DNA of 64,000 nucleotides from Eledone cirrhosa (taxonomy: Eukaryota). The notes under the pieces are model-generated. The model was not told the origin of the DNA and made no database searches. It saw nothing but the letters and a program-made list of their open reading frames with translations. Shown here one piece after another: positions 41,648-53,801 of the stretch (position 1 is its first letter; the number at the start of each line of letters is the position of its first letter). The position numbers were made by a program, and so were the translations under genes. The stretch covers positions 239,072,001-239,136,000 of the forward strand of contig OZ024743.1 of assembly GCA_964016885.1 (NCBI GenBank), given 5' to 3'.

Positions 41648-41739
<92 letters not shown>
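41648..41739. repeat. (TTA)n microsatellite
   Basis: Direct reading. Confidence 0.95.
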
Positions 41740-41891
41740 CTTTTATCAACAGCTACGAAATTTAGTACATAAATTATGTAATATTCATTCATTATTTATT
41801 CAAAGTAATCCGACTTATTTTACTAACGGGATTAAAAAATATATTCAAGAGGCAGTCCCGCACTCCTCCCTGTATATCATGATTATTAGAG

Positions 41892-42092
41892 GGCGCTGCA
41901 TTGCTTGAACCGGTAGAATGTCGGACAACACACTTCGCAGCATGAAGTTATGTCCCTTTACGTTCTGAGTTCAAAACCCGCCGAGGATAGCTTTGCATTT
42001 CATCCTTACGGGGTAAATAAAATAAAGTACAGGTAATGCACTGAGTAATTGCTGGCCTTGTGCCGAAAGTAGAACCAATAATTATTATTATT
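41892..42092 (+). mobile_element. tRNA-derived SINE (octopus-type)
   Basis: B-box-like gagttcaaaaccc; body ccgagg..ctttgc.tttcatcc.t.cggggt; tail ggccttgtgcc..agaa-(att)n. Further partial copies lie near 5460, 17620, 29780, 42700, 42865, 46090 and 57705. Confidence 0.8.
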
Positions 42093-42139
42093 GCGGGAGA
42101 ATTGGCAGTATGGGTAGAGCGGCGGACAGTATGTTTTGC

Positions 42140-42600
42140 TCTGAACGGCCTAATTCCAAACATTCAACGCATGGCAAGGATCAAGCAGTTTGGGAGCATC
42201 TCGTTGCTCTTCAACAGCAAGGCCCTTGTAAAAAAGTACTATGTGGTCCCCTGCAATAAGGACCATCTTATTTTGTTTCCCTCTCACGTGGGAAGAAGTA
42301 CACTGAAGATCCGTATTACTGGTATCCCACTAGTGATATGGTGGATCCTAGAATGCATAGGGCTGGAGGAAGTGAAATAATCCTCGAGATAAAGAGAACC
42401 CAAAGGGAGAAATTATCTGGGATCAGTCTGAAGATACTTCTTCAGTTCAAACCATAAAAGATTGAAAAGATATCAGACCTAATTCACCTTCTAGAATGGC
42501 GTGGAGATAAGGGTAATCATTGAGAGTAAAAATCCCTGCTGTCCTCTCTGCAGGAAAATCGGACATTTAATAATTGTTTACCCTCAACAGAAGAAAGGGA
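42140..42600 (+). pseudogene. L1/Tx1 ORF1 fragment with decayed zinc knuckle
   Basis: LILFPSHVGRSTLKIRITGIP...VIIESKNPCCPLCRKIGHL. Confidence 0.5.
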
Positions 42601-43299
42601 ACTCCAGAACCCACTTGCTGCTAACACCGGGGTATCAATAACCACCACAACAATAATAACAATCATGAACATCAACAACTGTTGCACCAGCAACAAATCC
42701 CTCCACGGCCTTCTTTTCCTTTCATCCTTTTGGTGTCGATAAAATAAAGTAACAATCACGTACTGGGGTTGATGTAATGACCTTTCCTCTCCCCACAAAT
42801 GTTTGGCCTTGTGCATAAATTAGAAATTATCATTATTATTATTGTTATTGTTATTATTATTGAAGGCGGTGGATTGGCAGCATAGAGTTACGATCTAAGT
42901 TCAAATTTTGCCGAGGATAACTTTGACTTTCAACTTTACGGGGTCGATGAAATAAAGCACCAGTAATGCGCTCGGGTTGATTTAAGTGACTTTCTATGAT
43001 TATAGATTCCAGCCACGATTACCCTATCTTGCTTTTCTTTTCTAATCCAATAGGCTTTGATTTGAAATAATTTCTAGATCTAGATTTTGGTATTATTTAC
43101 TATTGTTATTTCGTCCTTCGTCTACTCTAGACGACCAGATATGATCACCGAATTTACACCTGGGAGCTTGTGGTTTATTTCTGTATATCTCAGACTACAT
43201 CATCCAATGATTTCCTTTGTCTTTTCATTTTGTTGGTAATGACTGCTGCAATGATTATGGTGCGACGCTTTTGTTTGGCTGGGCACATTCTCTACTGTC

Positions 43300-43520
43300 T
43301 ATGCGATAACCGTCATTTATAAACGGCGTTAATTTGGGACCCATCTGGAAGGTAAATGGAAAACGGGCAGACAGATGATCACCTGGTGCCGGACATTTCA
43401 AGACGACCTAAAGGCCATTACGATCACTTGAAATGGATGTGAAAGAGCAGCAGTAGGTTGTATACGTTTGAGGAAGCTTGTCACCAAATGAGCATGAGGA
43501 CCTAATCCTAAGTAAAGTTT
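43300..43520 (+). mobile_element. RTE-clade LINE 3' fragment
   Basis: Frameshifted WDPSG..KTGRQMITWCRTFQDDLK...RLRKLV. Confidence 0.55.
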
Positions 43521-44274
43521 AATATTGTTTACTGTTTGGCCATGGAGAGGAGAGCAATGCCAAGGTTTCTTTTGGGGCACTCCCAGGCATGTGGGTGGTT
43601 AGGGAAGGTATACTCAACCCAGAAACATGGGTTGAGTACTTAGAATGGAATTTGCTAAAATGGCCCAATAGCCAGGTTGTAGTTTTAAACGAGGTAACAA
43701 ATTAAGGCTACCACCAAGAAACAGAAACCGCCCTTTAGACAGGTTTCTACACATTCCGTAGTAGTTTATGGTAGATACCACTTGCCTACGTTGCTGCACA
43801 GTAAGTTCTCAGTTAAAACAACGTTCTTGTGAAACAAACTTCTCAATCAGACAACTATGTTTGCGCTTACGAATTTTGCAAGTTTTGAGAAGGTTGTATA
43901 CAGCATGAGATCAAGAAAGCTGAAGTGTCGTGTCCACAAAGACAAAGTCCAATATTCTAAAACTGAGAATATTTAAGTAGTAGTAATAATAGTTATAAAA
44001 AATAAAGTGTCAATTAAACACTGGAAATGTTGTAAATGACTATTGGTTGTTTGGCGCGTAAATTCTGATGGATTCGTAGGGAGACCGTACTGACATTCGT
44101 TGTGTAATGGAGAAGTTCTCTACGTCTGAACACAGCCAATATCTTTGAGAGAAGGGGAAAGCATTTTATCCAACGTTCAATGATTTGCTTTCATATACTC
44201 AACTGCTTCATGCCTCCATAAACCTCTGATCATGCGCCTATATCAGAAATTATTATTTTTATTATTAGAAAAAG

Positions 44275-44490
44275 GGTGGTAGTTTGGAAGTATTGGTAGA
44301 GCGTCAGACGGAATGTTTTGCTGTTTTTGTTCCGGTTCTTAACGTTCTGAGTTCAAATCCCGCTGAGGTCGTCTTTGCTTTTCATCATTCCGGTTCGATA
44401 AAATACCAGTCAAATACTGTAGTCGATAAAGTCGTCTTTCATCTCCAACAAAATTTGTGGGCTTGTGCGTAAATAGGAAACCATCATTAG
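44275..44490 (+). mobile_element. tRNA-derived SINE (octopus-type)
   Basis: cgttctgagttcaaatcccgctgaggtcgtctttgcttttcatc... Confidence 0.8.
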
Positions 44491-45369
44491 AAATTAACTT
44501 ACGATTCCCCTCTTGTGCTTTGTATGAAAGAATGAGTGACTGAAAGAAAAATGAGGACAGAAAGAGTGGATGAATAAAATAAATATATGCATCCACCATC
44601 GCCGTTTCAGCATTCTAGATATATGATACTACAAAGTGATTCAATATACTTTTACTCCTTTACCCTGCCATTCACCAACCGCTCACCTTTCTGACTTCAT
44701 ACACATTCATTCACTCAATACAGAACTGTCGATCGCCTGCCGAGTTTGCCTTCTCATGACTCCTGGACAATAAAATATATCAACAAAAAAGATGCACAAA
44801 AAATGGCTGCCGTAATTAACCAAAGGTTTCTCTTTTCAGTTATTTCTTCATTTATTTTAAGTTTTTTGATTTTGTTTTGTTTGTTCGTTATATTCCTGCG
44901 TCAACAATGGATTCTAGCCACATTGATAGCAAATGGGTGAAATGAAGGGAGTGGAGTTAGGGTGGCTGGGTAAAGAAAGGGTTGGATAGGTAGTCGACTA
45001 CTGTTGTATATTTTTCTATTCCTGCACACACGCCCCCTCCATACAAACAAACACACACACAATATATATATATATATATATATATATTTGCGTATGTATG
45101 TAGTTTTATGTCTACATACACTCAACTATATATATATATATCTTTTGTTATTGTCACTTCTTAAAATGAAGCAACTTTCTTTATGGGGGGGATGTACAAA
45201 CATTGTTTGTTTAATAAGAACAAACGAGGTAGTGGGGCACAAAATGCTATATAATATCAAACATTGGTAATAGAAATACAGATAAATTATTATGTATGTG
45301 GACTGTGTGTGTGTCTGTATGTATATTATGTATGTATATATGTATGTATATATACACACACACACACGC

Positions 45370-45406
<37 letters not shown>

Positions 45407-45530
45407 CATACATATATATATATTATATATATATATATATATATAATATAATACATATATATATATATATATATATAAATATAGTATATATATATATACT
45501 ATACATATATACTATATATTATATATATAT

Positions 45531-45562
<32 letters not shown>

Positions 45563-45579
45563 ATATATATACATATATA

Positions 45580-45673
<94 letters not shown>

Positions 45674-46027
45674 TATAGGCAACCCATCCCCAGCGTGGAT
45701 GGGAACCTACCACGTGGATTTGATCATGATAATATTGCTTTCGTTGATCATCTTTCTAGTTTAGTATCTTTTTTATACATTTTACTTTGTTATTGTTTTG
45801 GTTTCGTTGTTTTTTGTTGTGTTGTCCTGTGTCTCCGCTCTCTTTTGTGGGAGGTGTGTCTACTTTGTCGTCTTTCGGCCAAGAACTCCAACTGTGATAC
45901 TCCTATAAACTGACATAACCACCTATACTTCCTCCTATCCGAAACATCTTTCAGCTGCACATCTTTTTCCCGCCGTCGTATTATAATTTTGGATGTAATT
46001 ATTAGTTCTGTCAATTTGTTCCTTAGC

Positions 46028-46085
<58 letters not shown>

Positions 46086-46288
46086 ATGCTTTCTAATTAA
46101 GGCACAAGGCCAATAATCTTTGGAGAGTGGAATGTCGATTGAATCGACCCCAGTACATGACCAGTACTTTACTGTCAGAAAGAATTATCTCCCTTCCTTT
46201 CTATATTGCTTCATACAAGCTCTATCCTTGCATACTATGTAACAACACCGACAGGAGGGGAAATATTAGTAAAGAATGATGTAATATA

Positions 46289-46349
<61 letters not shown>

Positions 46350-46529
46350 CGTGTGATGTGGTGTGTGTGTGTGTGTGAACCTGTGCGTGTGGGGTGGTGC
46401 TTGTGTGTGTGTGTGTGTGTGCGTGCGTGTGGTGTGGTGTGTGAGTGTGATGTGTTTGTGTGTGTGTGTGTGTTTGTGTTGAACACTGAAAAAATTATAA
46501 AATAACCCCAAAAAGTGAAGTAGTCAATC

Positions 46530-46790
46530 CATTGTTGTACAATCGCTGCAGACTAATTTATGGCAGATATGGGACATCATACAGGCAGCTACGAAAAAGC
46601 ATATCTATTCTGCAGTCTATCCTCAGAAACAAGGGTCAGGATGGAGCAAAGCAAAACAAATGCACTTCCCTGCGGTCGCTGCGGGTGGAGCTGCCGATCG
46701 CGGATTGGCCTGACCAGTAACCAACGCGCATGCACGCTGGGAGGAACCGATCTTCAATTGAATGTATCTTCGTATCGAAGTCCTTGCCAT
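46530..46790 (+). mobile_element. RTE-clade LINE 3' fragment
   Basis: C-terminal C2HC-like finger CGRCGWSCRSRIGLTSNQRAC. Confidence 0.7.
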
Positions 46791-46792
46791 CG

Positions 46793-46872
<80 letters not shown>

Positions 46873-46880
46873 CGATGGCA

Positions 46881-46923
<43 letters not shown>

Positions 46924-47036
46924 GCAAACATTTTATTTAAAGTTGTTGGGATACAACAAGTAAATATTTTTATAACTCGATTTGGTTGTATTTTAAAAGG
47001 GTACGTCAAAGCTATTTGTAAAACTGTTATATATTG

Positions 47037-47101
47037 TATTTTGTCTGATGAAGGCATACCATAATTTAATATGGTATCCCTGAAATATGTATAATGAAAT
47101 A
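47037..47101 (+). ncRNA. Type I hammerhead ribozyme (family A)
   Basis: tattttgt CTGATGA aggcATACCATA-atttaa-TATGGTATccct GAAA tatgta TA atgaaata. Confidence 0.82.
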
Positions 47102-47405
47102 AATATGGTTTTATAAATATAGTTTCCATTTATTAATATCGTATATATATATATATATGCAGTATATATTCATTTTTGTTTCGCAAGAGGATTGCTGTGA
47201 ATTCATGTGATGAAACGGATATTTATATATTTTGAGAGAAGCATGTTGTCAAGAAAATCACACGCCCAAGTTGGTACCACATTTTGTTACAAACTATTTG
47301 ACTATTTGTCATTCACAAACATATACGAAGAGTATTTATGCATGTATACACAGACCTATATATACGTGTGTTTTTAATGGCAACATGACACTCCCAAAGT
47401 ATAAC

Positions 47406-47439
<34 letters not shown>

Positions 47440-47496
47440 AATGTGTGTGTGTGTGTGTGTGTGTGTGTATTTGTGTGTGTGTGTGTGTGTGTATGT

Positions 47497-47546
<50 letters not shown>

Positions 47547-47554
47547 TATGTTAA

Positions 47555-48053
47555 ATGAACCCCCAGATCAACTGTAAAACTAGAAATGTAGGCTATAGCA
47601 TAAGATGTACAGAGGGTACTTGCAGAAACATGACAACGACATACATAGGTGAGACAGCTCGAAGGATAGGAGAAAGAATACGAAAACAAAAACTCATACT
47701 CCAACGCGAACACACGCACCAAACATTATACACTCACGCAAATGCAGAGACAGAGACAAGGAGAAATAAATAAATAAGTAATAAAATAAATAAAAAATCT
47801 GGCGTAGACATACAATACAATAGGAGGAAACATAATAGTACCACTTATGATGTTGCAGATGTGCAACGAAAGAACTTTGATAGACTATATATATATATAT
47901 ATATGTATTTTTAACCGCTGGTCAATCAGTGATAAACATTGATTGCCAAATAAATTAACTATGGAGATATAAAAGATACAGAAGCGAAAACCAACCAAAC
48001 TGTGAGTGTGTTCTGCTATTATAATAATATGACCCTCCCCAAGTATAACAATA
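47555..48053 (+). mobile_element. PLE 3' end: GIY-YIG fragment, decayed HHR and family C terminus
   Basis: INCKTRNVGYSIRC...YIGETARRIGERI; at 47841-47881 CTTATGA tGTTGCA-gatg-TGCAAC GAAA gaac TT tga. Confidence 0.8.
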
Positions 48054-48434
48054 TATACATGATGGCTACAAACTCTAAGAGTATTGCAATAGTTTGTCAG
48101 ATTATAGATTTTGGTGCACTTTTAGGCTACCGCCAGCCATGCAAACCTGTAACTTATCCTGAACAAGTAATGCCTGTGCTTTGAAGGTTTTTAAGTGGGG
48201 AAAGGCCTTGCACACGACCAATCCCGCTCTCTGAGCATCTAAAACACTACCCGAAAAGGAGAACTATAGAGCATCCTCGGATGCTTACGAAGCCGCAGGT
48301 TTATTTCAGTGTTTCCCTCTCCTAGAAAGGTGTTGTGACAACAACTGGGGGCCTTTCACTATACATATACAGAGAGTGAGAGACTTTTCACCGACTACCA
48401 AATTTTACTAATACACTGAGCAATCTGATGTTGT

Positions 48435-48520
48435 AGTAAAGAACACTTGCCCAAGGTGTGAGGATGAGCTATCATGCTCGAAACCATGTGGCTGCCAAGT
48501 GAACTTCGTAACAGTGCGGA
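48435..48520 (-). mobile_element. Partial second tRNA-derived SINE family
   Basis: cacttgcccaaggtg...aaccatgtggctgccaagtgaacttc resembles an octopus SINE head recalled from memory. Confidence 0.45.
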
Positions 48521-48809
48521 TATATATGTGAGTGTGGGCCTGTGCCAGCATGTGTTTAATCTAATGTAATGCATCATTTGGCACGCTGCCAGTCAATTCC
48601 CCAGCAACCATTTTCTATTTCTCTGGAGGGCTTGTTTCTGGGGATTATAATTTTATCAGATCTAAACACTACTTAGTATGTGGAAATGTTGGAAAACAAT
48701 GACAAACAAATTTTATTTAAGGAATTTCTTATTCCTGGTTTTATTTGCTAGTCTACACTTCTTTAATTATTTGCTTCATTGGTTGGTGATACATTTGACT
48801 GCATCAGCC

Positions 48810-48862
<53 letters not shown>

Positions 48863-49002
48863 TAAATAACAGATTAGGGTGCATTGGATAAATTGGTAAT
48901 TCAACAAATTTATTTATAACATATTCTAAGCACTCGACAAGTTACCTGGAGTATAATATCAATGATATTAATAAATGGAAACTATATTTATAAAGCCATG
49001 TT

Positions 49003-49064
49003 TATTTTATTATATATATTTCAGGGGTCCCAAAAACTTTGGTACGCTCTCATCAGATAAAATA
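49003..49064 (-). ncRNA. Type I hammerhead ribozyme, intact core
   Basis: Reverse complement: tattttat CTGATGA gagcgtaccaaa-gtt-tttgggacccct GAAA tatata TA ataaaata. Confidence 0.8.
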
Positions 49065-50822
49065 CAAAATTTGTTTCATAAATAGTGATATACCCAAAAT
49101 ATAAATAGAATTAACAACAGAAACTTAAATTTAAATCTAAACCAAATAAACCAAGACATCAATATTAATATTACTAATAACACTATTAATACTAATAATA
49201 ATAGTACCGTTCCTAGTAACATTAACTCTCGAAAATCTAACTGTAGAAATGTATCAAATTGCCCTTTACACAATAATTGACTAGACATGAACTTAGTATA
49301 CAAATGTACAGTAAAAACTAGATATAAAATATATAACTATATAGGAGCAACTTCTACAAAATTTAAAGAATGCTGGTATAATCATAAACATACATTTAAT
49401 AGATCCGATAAAAAATTTTCAACATCACTTTCACATCTAATTTGGTACTTAAAAGACAATAATATTGACTATTCAATCTCTTGGGGAACGATTTCGAAAG
49501 CACCCGCATACCGAAATATGGCTCTCTCAAGAATCTTTCACTTGTATATTGAAGAAATATTTTATATACTTTCCTGCCAAAACTCTATCAACTTAAAGAA
49601 AGAAATATTCAGTTCCTGCAGACATCACCAAAAAATGACTTTCTGAAACATTTTATATCTATATTTCACTTGTTCACATTTTATATGTCTTCACTATGCT
49701 TCTGTCGATGTTTAGTGGTGATTTTTAAATGATATTTTTCTTTTTATGTAATATATTTACAAATTATTTTCAAAAATGATATTCTTTTTCAATTGATATT
49801 CTTCTTAATGTTTTTAAAAAATTGATATATTTTTAATTGTTATTTTGAAATATATCCTTTTTGTGATAGTTTCTAAGTACACTCATGATGTCTGTAATAA
49901 TATTTTCTTCCTAATTGAATATATAGATAATATCTAAATATATATATATAAAAGAAATTCTCATCTTTGAAAACATGTAATATAAAATACCTTATAATCA
50001 TACACAAAATAATATATAGCATTTTCTCTACATACATTCCGCTTTTTTTAAGTAAATTCCAATATAAATGACAAATCTAACGTAAATAGTGTAACTAAGA
50101 AACATTGGAGGTATCTTTTCCTTTATAATGTAGCACGCATAAACATCCCCTCTTCTTAACAACATAAATACTAAATTCTCTATAATTTCCTTAACTTAAT
50201 CATTTTCGGTAAATATTTTCTATGTTGATGGAACTATTTGAAAGTACAAAAAGTTCTTCTCTTATAAAATTTGAACTACGTCTTTTTCTTAACTATATAT
50301 TGAAAATGTAAACACAATATCTTTCGTAACCCTTAAATTATGAAATAATATTTGAATTATTTATCTATTTAAAATAACAACATATATATTCACCAATAAT
50401 ATTTATATTTTTATTTATTTATATAAATATTTATATAAATGATCTGTTATAATATAATAAGCTTAAGTGTACTTACAACCTTAATTATTCATAAAATCTA
50501 ATTATAAGGGTTATCTATATAATATTATAAATATGGTCATATATTTTAAATTTTTGGATTAGTATTCTACCACTTCAACACATTTAAAATTTTTAAATTT
50601 ACTTTCTTCTTTCTTCTTCCTTTATAAAGTATCCTAATAATTATTTAAATTTACCTAGCGTCTAAATATAACGACTTTTTCAGTCTACGCTTCTTCATTT
50701 ACATATCCATCATACAGATTTAAATTTTTTTTCTTTTTTCCTTTTCCTTTCACAATCCAAACGGAACCTGAACCGATAAGGTCCGGTTTCTGGGGCTGTC
50801 ACTATTTATAAAACAAATTTTG

Positions 50823-50886
50823 TATTTTATCTGATGAGAGCGTACCGAAGTTTTTGGTACCCTTAAAATATATATATAATAAAATA
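50823..50886 (+). ncRNA. Hammerhead copy with G12A
   Basis: tattttat CTGATGA gagcgtaccgaagtttttggtaccctt AAAA tatatata TA ataaaata. Confidence 0.6.
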
Positions 50887-50929
50887 AATATGGTTTTATA
50901 AATATAGTTTCCATTTATTAATATCATTG

Positions 50930-50961
<32 letters not shown>

Positions 50962-51095
50962 GTGAGGTTTTTTTACAAAATGAAAAATAACCGAGGTGTC
51001 CTACACGAGTGAAAGTATAAAAAAAAAGAGATGAAATCGAAAATGCAACTGGAGTCTTATTTTTAAAAAAAATATATATATTTATTTGTTTGGTT

Positions 51096-51133
51096 CCTTT
51101 ACCGGTTTCGCAGTTCTTCTGCTTTTCAAAAGG
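51096..51133 (-). ncRNA. Minimal hammerhead with U3:A8 core
   Basis: Reverse complement: cctt TTGAAAA GCAG-aagaa-CTGC GAAA ccgg TA aagg. Confidence 0.75.
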
Positions 51134-51642
51134 TGAGTTGAGATGGAGGGTCTGTGGTTTTTCTCACATCTGGTTGGTCTCTGAATGTTACTTGTTTTAT
51201 ATGGAAAAAGTGGCTCGAAATGCCAGGTTTATCGAGAAGTAATTTGATTGGTTTGTCAATAATTATAATAAATTTCGCGCCAGTTCGCGTTACAATAGTT
51301 CTTCAAATAAGAGGGAGGGGGTTGTCACAGGTTGTTTTTTCATATATGAGTGTTTGAATTTCTTTTTACTTGAAAAAAGGGGCTCACGAAGGCTTTTTTT
51401 GGTTGGTTATAAATGAAATTATGGCTGTCATGTGAACAAGTTTTCATTAAATTTCCGTGCTCTTATTTGGAGATCCATTTTGTAGCTTTTTAGAGAATTT
51501 TATGATAAGTGAAATATAATGGTCAAGAGAAATGGATGGGAGAATTTTTCTGGTTCAGTGAATATGTTAGTTCGCTGGGGTGTCAGAATTCAGATTTTCT
51601 ATTGAATAAAGAAAGTAAAGATATGTATGTTTATTTGTGTGC

Positions 51643-51675
<33 letters not shown>

Positions 51676-51850
51676 GTGTGTGTGTGTTTGAATTTCTTTA
51701 CTTAAAGGTAGCTCACGAACTAAACAATTTGATTTAATTTTATAAAATTAAAATTAAATAAAATTGTTTAGAACTACAAGTGAAGTCATTCTTTTCCCTT
51801 TTTGTAATATACCCAACTTTACCCAGGATTTCACATATTACACAGGATTT

Positions 51851-51910
<60 letters not shown>

Positions 51911-52058
51911 ATTATTATTTATTAGGAAGTGAGATTTCTTTTACAAAATTAAAAATAACTGAGGTGTCCTACACGAGTGAAAGTATAAAGAAAAAAAGAT
52001 GAAATCGAAAATGCAACTGGAGTCTTATTTAAAAAAATATATATATATTTATTTGGTT

Positions 52059-52096
52059 CCTTGACCGGTTTCGCAGATCTTCTGCTTTTCAAAAGT
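52059..52096 (-). ncRNA. Minimal hammerhead with U3:A8 core (second copy)
   Basis: Reverse complement: actt TTGAAAA GCAG-aagat-CTGC GAAA ccgg TC aagg. Confidence 0.72.
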
Positions 52097-52580
52097 AGAG
52101 TTTAGATGGATGGTCTGTGGTTTCTCTCTATATATATATATATAAATCTATATGTAGGTCCTTTTATTTAGAAATATTGAAATTTTTCCAATGCACACTT
52201 CAGATTTCTTTTTTATTTATTTTTAAATTTTCTAAATGGATTAGTGTCTTAGTTTGCTTTAGCCACCATGGCAAATCTCATACGTTACATCACATTTCAA
52301 AATATAAGCAAACATGTGTAATGCATTATTTATTATTTAGCTGATGATATTGTTATTGGCCGCTTTCGTGATGTTGCTGGTGGTGGTGGTGATATTAATT
52401 CTGAGTTCTCTTAAGACGATGTTCAATTCTTGGCTTGTCATTCTTTAGTGATTGATGATTTATATATATATATACAAAATGACTGACTAAATAAGCATGT
52501 GTGTATTTCTTCTCATTTTCACCCGTTCCTTCCTTTTCTCATTCCTTAACTTTGTATTTCATCTTTTATTTCTCATTCTA

Positions 52581-52616
52581 CTTTTTGATGAAGGATTAGT
52601 GTCCGAACAGTTAAGA
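52581..52616 (+). ncRNA. Decayed hammerhead motif (family D)
   Basis: cttt TTGATGA aGGAT-tagt-GTCC GAAC ag TT aaga. Confidence 0.45.
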
Positions 52617-53059
52617 CTCATTTCCATATTATTATTTTTATTTCTATGTTTATTTTGGGGTGGTTTATGTAATGTATTATCCGACGTGGATGTGTCTGTG
52701 GGGTTTACTTCACTTCCAGAATTGACATTTCTGTAGCATGTGGCGATTGTCATTGGTGTGGTGTTGACCATTAGGTTGTGGTATTTAGGGTGCGATCTTC
52801 TGTCCCTATATTTGGGTACCCCTTTGTTTATTTCGTCCTACTCATTGCATCCATAACTACCATAACGAATGGAGTTTGGTCAGTTGTTTTTACCTTTCAT
52901 AAATCGCGCCACGAGTTTAGTTCTCACTCTTCCGTGATGGAGTTGCGATTCACAGGCTGCGTTTCTTGAGCTCTAATTACATTTCTACCAGGGAATTTTT
53001 GGGATTGTCGTGTTCACTTCTAATATGCACTCTGTGTATATTTGTCCAGGTCATTTGAA

Positions 53060-53715
53060 CGATTGTTATGCCCTCTAGTCTATTGTTATCAATATTATGC
53101 CTATCCACCTTGGGGTTATAACTAATTTTATCTCTATGTGTTGCGTTTCCATTGAAAATGTCTTGATTTCCAGAGAAGCTGGAGATTCTGTCAGAGACGC
53201 TTTTACTATGGCTTTATCTACTGATTTGGAGGGGTTTGACTGAGCATTAACGGAGGTTAGGTTTTCATTATATTCATAGAACGGGTAGTAAAGTCCCGTC
53301 AATATATTTCTATTTGGGTCTATTTCGATTCTAAGTCCTAGGTTCTGAAATATGTATCTAACTCTCCTATTCATTCACTCAATCATACTAGGGTTAATGA
53401 GAGTGGGAAGGGCTTCACCGCAGTAGATCTCACCACCTAGGCTGGAAACCTCATCTTTAAGTTCCTTTAGAATAAATAATCGAATCAGGTCCGTTGCCTG
53501 AGCGGAGTTATTAGCACCTATAGTGATATCGACGATGTTCGGTCTATCATTTCTAGTATATAGATCCCCGTCAAAATGGATTAGGATCTCCCTAGCGGCT
53601 TCAATTATTGCAGTCCCATCGACAGTGATGTTACAGTGCCTTGTAGCATATATCAGGACCTTATCTCCTTATCTAGTAGTATGCGAGAGATCAATGGGTA
53701 GTAGCTGGCAATATC
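53060..53715 (-). pseudogene. PLE reverse transcriptase fragment (decayed)
   Basis: ..FDITIGANNSAQATDLIRLFIL..; IFQNLGLRIEI..LTGLYYPF..SVNAQSNP. Confidence 0.7.
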
Positions 53716-53728
53716 CATATATACATAC

Positions 53729-53799
<71 letters not shown>

Positions 53800-53801
<2 letters not shown>

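Larger units (their letters stand above)
48858..50931 (+). mobile_element. 5'-truncated PLE with inverted pseudo-LTRs (family A)
   Basis: 48957-49089 is inverted at 50799-50931; GIY-YIG at 49230-49646 (CPL...LVYKC...YIGATSTKFKECWYNHKHTF); tail 48858-48956. Confidence 0.88.
50954..52125 (-). mobile_element. Two direct copies of an about 200-bp HHR-bearing pseudo-LTR end
   Basis: 50954-51165 is approximately equal to 51921-52125; each abuts a TA-rich run. Confidence 0.8.

Noticed and set aside
44800-44812. YY1-like AAAATGGCTGCC, possible promoter
   Set aside because: A single short motif with no other support.
49278-49280. In-frame TGA at a conserved Cys of the PLE Zn motif (selenocysteine has been reported in Naiad PLEs)
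   Set aside because: Other conserved Cys codons in the same copy are also mutated (to S, F and Y) and no SECIS was identified, so decay is the simpler explanation.
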